Shown piece by piece: positions 58,081 to 64,000 of a stretch of DNA of 64,000 nucleotides. This DNA is from Mantamonas sphyraenae STR306. Taxonomy: Eukaryota; Protista; CRuMs. The notes beneath the pieces are model-generated. The model had not been told where the DNA came from and did not search any database. It saw nothing but the letters and a program-made list of their open reading frames with translations. Position numbers and translations under genes: made by a program. Where the stretch lies: contig JAPMXV010000015.1 in the NCBI GenBank assembly GCA_026936335.1, forward strand, positions 124,001-188,000, written 5' to 3'. Within the stretch, counting starts at the first letter, position 1; each line of letters begins with the position of its first letter.

Positions 58081-59617
58081 ATGCAGAGCGCGCGTGAGAC
58101 GTCCAGGATTGGATATGACAAAGCAGACTTTCCCATTGCGTGCGAAAACTGCCTGGGCGACAATCCGTACATGCGGATGACCAAGAAGGACCTGGCACAG
58201 GAGTGCCACGTGTGCCAGCGTCCCATGACGGTGTTTCGCTGGAAGGCAGGCACCAATGGACGCACAAAGAAGACGGTGATCTGCCAGCAGTGTGCCAAAC
58301 TCAAGAACGTGTGTCAGGTTTGCCTGTTGGATCTCCAATTTAGTACGTCGAGGGTCAGAGAGGTCACGGGGAAGCGAGGATGGATGTCAACGGGGAAGGG
58401 CGCGCCAAACGGAGCGGGACACGGGACACACACACGGACACACAGCAACTGACACGATCCTTTGTTTCATCCACAGACGTGCCTGTACAGGTCCGCGACA
58501 CTGCGTTGGGCATTGATTCGGGCGACGTGCCCGTTTCTGCGGTGAACAGGGAGTACTACGCACAGATGGCGGACAGGCGCATGGCCCAGAGTGGCGGGGG
58601 AAACGCGTTTGCTGAGATCGACATGGCCGCCGCAGCACAGAATCTGATGCAATACCATCAGGAGAGTGACGGGTCGGGTATGACAGGTGGTGGAAAGATG
58701 CGTGGGGGCAACAGTAGGTTGACGGAAGCAGGGGCACCGGTGCCAAAGGCGCAGATTCCGTGGGGGAGGGTGGGTTGGAAGGAGACTGACACCGGAGGAT
58801 GGCATGCATGACAAACACATCAGACATCATGAACAGAATCAACAACCAGAAGCCGTACTACGGTCGCAACCGAACCAAGCTGTGTTCGTTCTTCCTGAAG
58901 GGAGAGTGCAACCGTGGAGAGATGTGCCCGTACCGACACGAGGTGCCCGAGAACGTGGACGAGGAGTTGGCCCACCAAAACATCAAAGACCGTTACTACG
59001 GCCAAAACGACCCTGTGGCGAAGAAGATGCTGAACCGGCTGACAGGCAAGGGGAAGGCAGGCAAGCTGCCGCCACCGGAAGACACGATGATCACCACACT
59101 GTTTGTGGGAGGCATTGACGGGTCGATGTCGCAGGCGCAAATCTTGGAGGTGTTTGCGGCGTACGGGGTCGTGGAGGATGTGCATGTGGTGTACAACAAG
59201 AGTTGTGCGTTTGTCAAGTTTGCCTCACGGGAGAACGCCGAGGCGGCGGCTGAGGCGCTGTACGGCACGCTGGCCATCAACGGGGTCAATCTGCGCCTGG
59301 CATGGGGCAAGCCACGTGCAAAGAACTATGGCAGCAAGGCGGTGGCCAAGGCACAGGCAGATGCAGACACTGGGGACGACGGCGAACAGGTACAGCAGAG
59401 CTACTATGCCAAACCTAGTAGCAGTAGCAGCAGTAGTAGCAGTAGTAGTAGCAGTAGTAGTAGCAGTAGCAGTAGTAGTGCCCTGCTGGCAGGTGTGGGT
59501 GGATACGGAGAGCAACAATACCCGAGCATGGATCCGTACCAGCAGGGAGGGGCCAAGAACAACGAGAGATCCAACAGCGAGGCGTATCCAGACACAGAGG
59601 GGCAATTCACTGCATAA
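58081..59617 (+). CDS. RBM22: Pre-mRNA splicing factor RBM22/Slt11; join(58081..58342,58477..58713,58824..59617); start and second donor uncertain
   Basis: DFPIACENCLGDNPYMRMTK, KKTVICQQCAKLKNVCQVCLLDL, CCCH CSFFLKGECNRGEMCPYRHE, QNIKDRYYG and RRM ITTLFVGG. Confidence 0.95.
59418..59479 (+). repeat. (AGY)n coding microsatellite, poly-Ser
   Basis: Seen directly. Confidence 0.9.
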
Positions 59618-59638
59618 AGAATCCTTGTGTATTGCGGC

Positions 59639-61027
59639 CTACGTGCCGGGCATCTTGAGCATAAAGGTGTACTGCATGTTGGTGAACTCACCAAAGCCAT
59701 CCTCGATCTGGGTGGGCGGGATGACGCCCGATTGCACGAGTTGGACAAAGTCGAGCACCTCCTGCAGGGCCGACACATCCAGGTTGCTCTCCACATGACC
59801 GCAGGACAGCTTGATGGAGCCGTCGTGGCCCATCTCCTGTTTCTCCAGCACAGGGGTGTCGTAGGCAGAAGTGGACACGGAGGAGACACCGCCCGTGTTG
59901 CCTTGGTTTGAGGGAGGGAACATGTCCTTGACGTCGGAGCCGCTGAAGAAGAGGTCGACGGCGGCCCCCAGGTCCCAATCGCAGGTTTGCATGAGGGCAC
60001 GCAGATCCATCTGTGTCTTGAGGGTTTGAAAGTCCATACCCAACATGTTGCACAGTTCCATCTGCATTTTCGTCTGCTCGCCCTTAGTCAGGGATTCGGT
60101 TGTTTCGAGGGGAACTCCGGCCGCGTCGACGGAAGGCCCCTCGGGCGGATTGCTGCTCTCCTGACTCTCGGAAGGCATGCCCTCGTCTGTACTGTCATCT
60201 TTAGGAGGCTCTTCCTTCTGTGTTTCGTCCACTGTGTCCTCCTGTGGTTCGGGTTCGTCGACGGCAAGTGGGGTGGGAGTCCACTCGTCGTCCTGAGCTG
60301 CGGCGGTGGTGAAATCAATCATCTTTTGCACGCTTTCGAGGAAGGATTCCACAGAGCTGCCAATGCAGTCGAGATGGACGACAGTGAATGGGTCTTGAGG
60401 GCAGAAGGGCCAGTGGGAGGAAGGGATGGGGAATTCTGTGTCAGGAACAGCTGCAGATGGAAGCGGGAACGGCACTGAGGGCAATGGCCATTGCGTACAA
60501 AGGGTGTCGCCCACAAAGAGTCTACGGTCACGGTGGTCAAACAGGGCAATACTGTCGCTTGTGTGGCCGGGGGTAAAGAGAACCTCGAGGCTGAGTGCTT
60601 TGGTCTGGTTTTGGTCGTCAAGGAAGAGGAGGTCGCCCTCGTTGAGCCAACGGGTGACGGTAAAGGGCTTTGTGGCACAATTGTGGGCCATGCACAGAGA
60701 GGTGACTTCCCAGTTGTCGGTAAACTTGCGGTCGCCCTCACCCATGCACAGATCGAGGACGCCGTCGCTGTTGTCACCACAAAACTCGTGGTTGCAACCC
60801 ACGTGGTCAAAGTGCACATGTGTGCTGACCACAAGGTAGGGAAGGCCCTTTGGGTTGAGGGCCTTGTCGACAAAGGCGCGGTAGCTTGTTTTTCCCGTTC
60901 CCGTGTCGATCAGGATCAGCTTGTCCGCACCCTCCACCACGTACAGGAAGGGATACTGACCATACGGATCGTCTTCCACCACGCGCCACGTCGTGTTTGA
61001 GATCTGTTCGGCGTTGAACTTGGACAT
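59639..61027 (-). CDS. Metallo-beta-lactamase-fold hydrolase (MBLAC2-like) with inserted UBA-like domain; complement(join(59639..60393,60499..61027))
   Basis: LIDTG, THVHFDHVG, TPGHT, FVGDTLY and a distal SCGH motif. Confidence 0.85.
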   Translation of the reverse strand: MSKFNAEQISNTTWRVVEDDPYGQYPFLYVVEGADKLILIDTGTGKTSYRAFVDKALNPKGLPYLVVSTHVHFDHVGCNHEFCGDNSDGVLDLCMGEGDRKFTDNWEVTSLCMAHNCATKPFTVTRWLNEGDLLFLDDQNQTKALSLEVLFTPGHTSDSIALFDHRDRRLFVGDTLCTQWPLPSVPFPLPSAAVPDTEFPIPSSHWPFCPQDPFTVVHLDCIGSSVESFLESVQKMIDFTTAAAQDDEWTPTPLAVDEPEPQEDTVDETQKEEPPKDDSTDEGMPSESQESSNPPEGPSVDAAGVPLETTESLTKGEQTKMQMELCNMLGMDFQTLKTQMDLRALMQTCDWDLGAAVDLFFSGSDVKDMFPPSNQGNTGGVSSVSTSAYDTPVLEKQEMGHDGSIKLSCGHVESNLDVSALQEVLDFVQLVQSGVIPPTQIEDGFGEFTNMQYTFMLKMPGT

Positions 61028-61106
61028 GGTCGAATGGGATGCGCGCGCCAGTGCACACTTTCCCTCAGGAAAACCCCCAAAACCAACCCCCCAAACCCCC
61101 TTTTCA

Positions 61107-64000
61107 ATGACCAGAAGAGCAGCTTTGCTTGTCCTGGCCATGCTCTGCCTGAGCATGGGCGCCTGCGTGCGTGCCATGAGCGAGAGCGAGGCAGAGTCTG
61201 TGTCTGCATCCGAGGTGTCGTCGTCGTCGGACGACGAGCAGCAGGTGCAGGCGCAGGATGCTGTGTCCGAATCCGAGTCAAGCGATGACGAGGATGTGGG
61301 AGACTTGGATGAGGACACACGTGCTGCGGTTGCGATGACGGCATTGTGAGTTTTTGGTGCGGGCGGTGGCGAAAAACGGGAAGGTTCGACGAGCATGTGG
61401 AAAAATGGAGGGTGCGATGTTTGGAGCTGACCCCTTTTTTGGCACTTTTCAGGACCATGCCGCGCGACCTGAAGGCACAAAACGATCGCTATGTGCGTTG
61501 CCATCGCCGCAGCAATGTGGCAGTGCGACGTCTGATGCGCATGGTGGACGCAAACATGTCTGTGTGCCGTGAGGGCCTGCGACGACGCGGTTTGGTGCGT
61601 GCGTGGCCTACACTTCGCTCTTCCGGACGCTCTCTGCGTCGCATGCGCCATGCGCTGCGATCGTACCTTCGCCGATCTGGCCGTTATACACGCGGCATGG
61701 CCAAGGGCATGGCGTCTCCGGACGATGTGATTGACAGCGAGCTGAGCCTGATCATGGACTCGGATCGATTGGGTTTGCTGTCCCGCAGGATGCTGCAGCG
61801 TGCCAAGGCCATGCAGCGCGCCATGCGTGCGGCTGTGACTTCTTCCAGCGGCGATGATGTGGAGGATGAGGATGATGATGAAGATGAGCGACGCCAGCGT
61901 TCGCGCAGCAGCTCCCCTCGTTCTGGCGGTGCACCTGCATCTCCCGGTCGCGGAGCAAGCTCTGGGGCAGCTGGACGTCGTGGACGCCGCGGATCTGTGC
62001 AGGCGATGTCGATGAGCGAACTTGCCAGCGCAGCAGGCCGTGGAGTTTCTGAGCTGGGCGCAGCTGCACGTGATGCGGCTGCGGCGACGGGCCGTGCGGT
62101 GCGTCAAGGCGCACAGGTTGCGTTTGACACGGGTGTGCGTGCTGTGCAGGCGGGCGGTCGCATTGCACGTGACAACGCCGAGCTGATTGGCACCGTGGCA
62201 GGCGGTGTGGCAGGCACGATTGCATGCGGACCGGGATGCGGACGTGTGGGAGCTGCGCTGGGCGGAGGAGTGGGTGCATTCATCCAGACGCGTGGAACCA
62301 CGCAGGAGAGGATGAACGCTGCATTGCGTTCGGCAACGATCGGCATTGTGGATCCGTTTGGGCGTGTGATGGCAGTGCCGGGCGTGAGGAACGTGGTGAA
62401 CGGCGCGGTGACGAGTGTGACGGGTCGTGTGATGACCTCTGCAGCAGCGCAGCGATTGGCAAACACAGCCGTGGGCCAGGCGCTGACGTCGCGTGTGGGT
62501 GCTTTGACCGCTCAGAACGCTGCCCGTGCCGCGGTGACGCGTGCTGCAGTCCAGCGTGCGATTGCTCGTGGTGGCATTCGCGGACGTGCTGTGCAGGGTG
62601 TGTTTGACGCTGCCAAGGAGCAGTTCAACCGTGTTGTTGCCAGTCGTGTTGTTCCCCGTGCCATGGTTGCCTCGCGTGTCAAGGGTGCTATGGAAAGTGC
62701 CCTTGGTGCAGGCATCGATGCTGGTCTGCGTGCCGTCCAGGGTCGTCCTCGCACAGGTGTCTCTAGTGGCCCTACCACTCGTGGTGGGCGTCGTGGTGCT
62801 CGTGGTACGCGTGCTGCGACCACCTCTCGTGGCCCTACCACTCGTGGTGGACGTCGTGGTGCTCGTGGTGCTGGTCGCTCTCGTGGCCCTACCACTCGTG
62901 GTGGACGTCGTGGTGCTCGTGGTGGACGCCGTGGTGGACGCTCTCGTGGCCCTACCACTCGTGGACGTCGTGGTGCTCGTCGTGGTGGTCGCTCTCGTGC
63001 CCTACCACTCGTGGTGCGTCGTGGTGCTCGTGGTGGACGCCGTGGTGGTCGCTCTCGTGGCCCTACCACTCGTGGTGGACGTCGTGGTGCTCGTGGTGGC
63101 CGCCGTGGTCGCTCTCGTGGCCCTACCACTCGTGGTGGGACGTCGTGGTGCTCGTGGTGGACGCCGTGGTCGCTCTCGTGCCCTACCACTCGTGGTGGGC
63201 GTCGTGGTCGTGGTGGACGCCGTGGTGGTCGCTCTCGTGGCCCTACCACTCGTGGTGGGCGTCGTGGTGCTCGTGGTGGACGCCGTGGTGGTCGCTCTCG
63301 TGGCCCTACCACTCGTGGTGGACGTCGTGGTGCTCGTGGTGGACGCCGTGGTGGTCGCTCTCGTGGCCCTACCACTCGTGGTGGACGTCGTGGTGCTCGT
63401 GGTGGACGCCGTGGTGGTCGCTCTCGTGGCCCTACCACTCGTGGTGGGCGTCGTGGTGCTCGTGGTGGACGCCGTGGCGGTCGCTCTCGTGGCCCTACCA
63501 CTCGTGGTGGACGTCGTGGTGCTCGTGGTGGACGTCGTGGTGGCCGCCGTGGTGGTCGCTCTCGTGGCCCTACCACTCGTGGGCGTCGTGGTGCTCGTGG
63601 TGGACGCCGTGGCGGTCGCTCTCGTGGCCCTACCACTCGTGGTGGACGTCGTGGTGCTCGTGGTGGACGTCGTGGTGGACGCCGTCGGTCGCTCTCGTGG
63701 CCCTACCACTCGCGGTGGACGTCGTGGTGCTCGTGGTGGACGTCGTGGTGGACGCCGTGGTGGCCGCTCTCGTGGCCCTACCACTCGCGGTGGACGTCGT
63801 GGTGGACGCCGTGGCGGTCGCTCTCGTGGCCCTACCACTCGCGGTGGACGTCGTGGTGCTCGTGGTGGACGTCGTGGTGGACGCCGTGGTGGCCGCTCTC
63901 GTGGTCCTACCAGCCGTGGTGGACGCCGTGGTGGACGCCGTGGTGGCCGCTCTCGTGGCCGCACCACTCGCAGACGTCTCTCGTGTGGACGTCGTGGTGG
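61107..64000 (+). CDS. Secreted precursor with acidic segments, glycine zipper and Arg/Gly tandem repeats; join(61107..61345,61453..>64000), 3' incomplete, indels in the repeat
   Basis: Signal peptide MTRRAALLVLAMLCLSMGACVRA; GTGAGT...CTGAC...TTTTCAG intron; the frame stays open from 61454 into the repeat. It is absent from the ORF track, presumably because no stop is reached. Confidence 0.75.
62761..64000 (+). repeat. Coding tandem repeat, ~63-nt unit (SRGPTTRGGRRGARGGRRGGR), about 20 copies of variable length
   Basis: Recurring ctctcgtggccctaccactcgtggtggacgtcgtggtgctcgtgg. Confidence 0.95.

Noticed and set aside
57848-58304. N-terminal extension of the 2027-aa PI3K ORF
   Set aside because: It reads through introns and antisense RBM22; the spliced model starts at 57847.
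62512-63967. Minus-strand Pro/Arg/Thr-rich ORFs
   Set aside because: Antisense shadows of the + strand RGG repeat.
62761-64000. Terminal tandem array as a CRISPR array, telomere or satellite
   Set aside because: There are no unique spacers; unit lengths vary mostly in multiples of 3 with third-position changes, and the array is in frame with an upstream signal-peptide ORF.

Overview
Very gene-dense eukaryotic nuclear DNA, roughly 60% GC by eye and probably from a free-living protist; the organism cannot be named from sequence alone. I reconstructed about 25 protein genes by hand. They have short GT-AG introns (mostly 50-200 nt, often with a CTGAC branch site) and intergenic gaps often under 150 nt. 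Recognisable genes: RPS13, PEX10, condensin CAP-D2, a NEK-like kinase, QPRT, a cationic amino-acid transporter, WAPL, two near-identical H2A.Z copies, PLGRKT-like, eIF2D, DCAF7/WDR68, ZC3HC1/NIPA, a BET protein, AcpS, class I PI3K, RBM22 and an MBL hydrolase. I saw no tRNA, rRNA, CRISPR array or transposon. The most unusual items only appear after splicing and repairing apparent single-base errors. (1) A ~1330-aa protein with an N-terminal membrane anchor and about 20 RF(G) repeats, a candidate POM121-like transmembrane FG-nucleoporin. (2) A secreted precursor with acidic pro-regions, a glycine-zipper/CGPGC hairpin and a long Arg/Gly tandem repeat. (3) A ~3350-aa C-type lectin/EGF multi-pass receptor-like protein. 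(4) A VARP-N + VPS9 + RCC1 fusion. (5) A 1.17-kb H2A.Z direct repeat with intronic E2F-like sites that flanks three genes. All family calls rest on motif recognition from memory, not on database searches.
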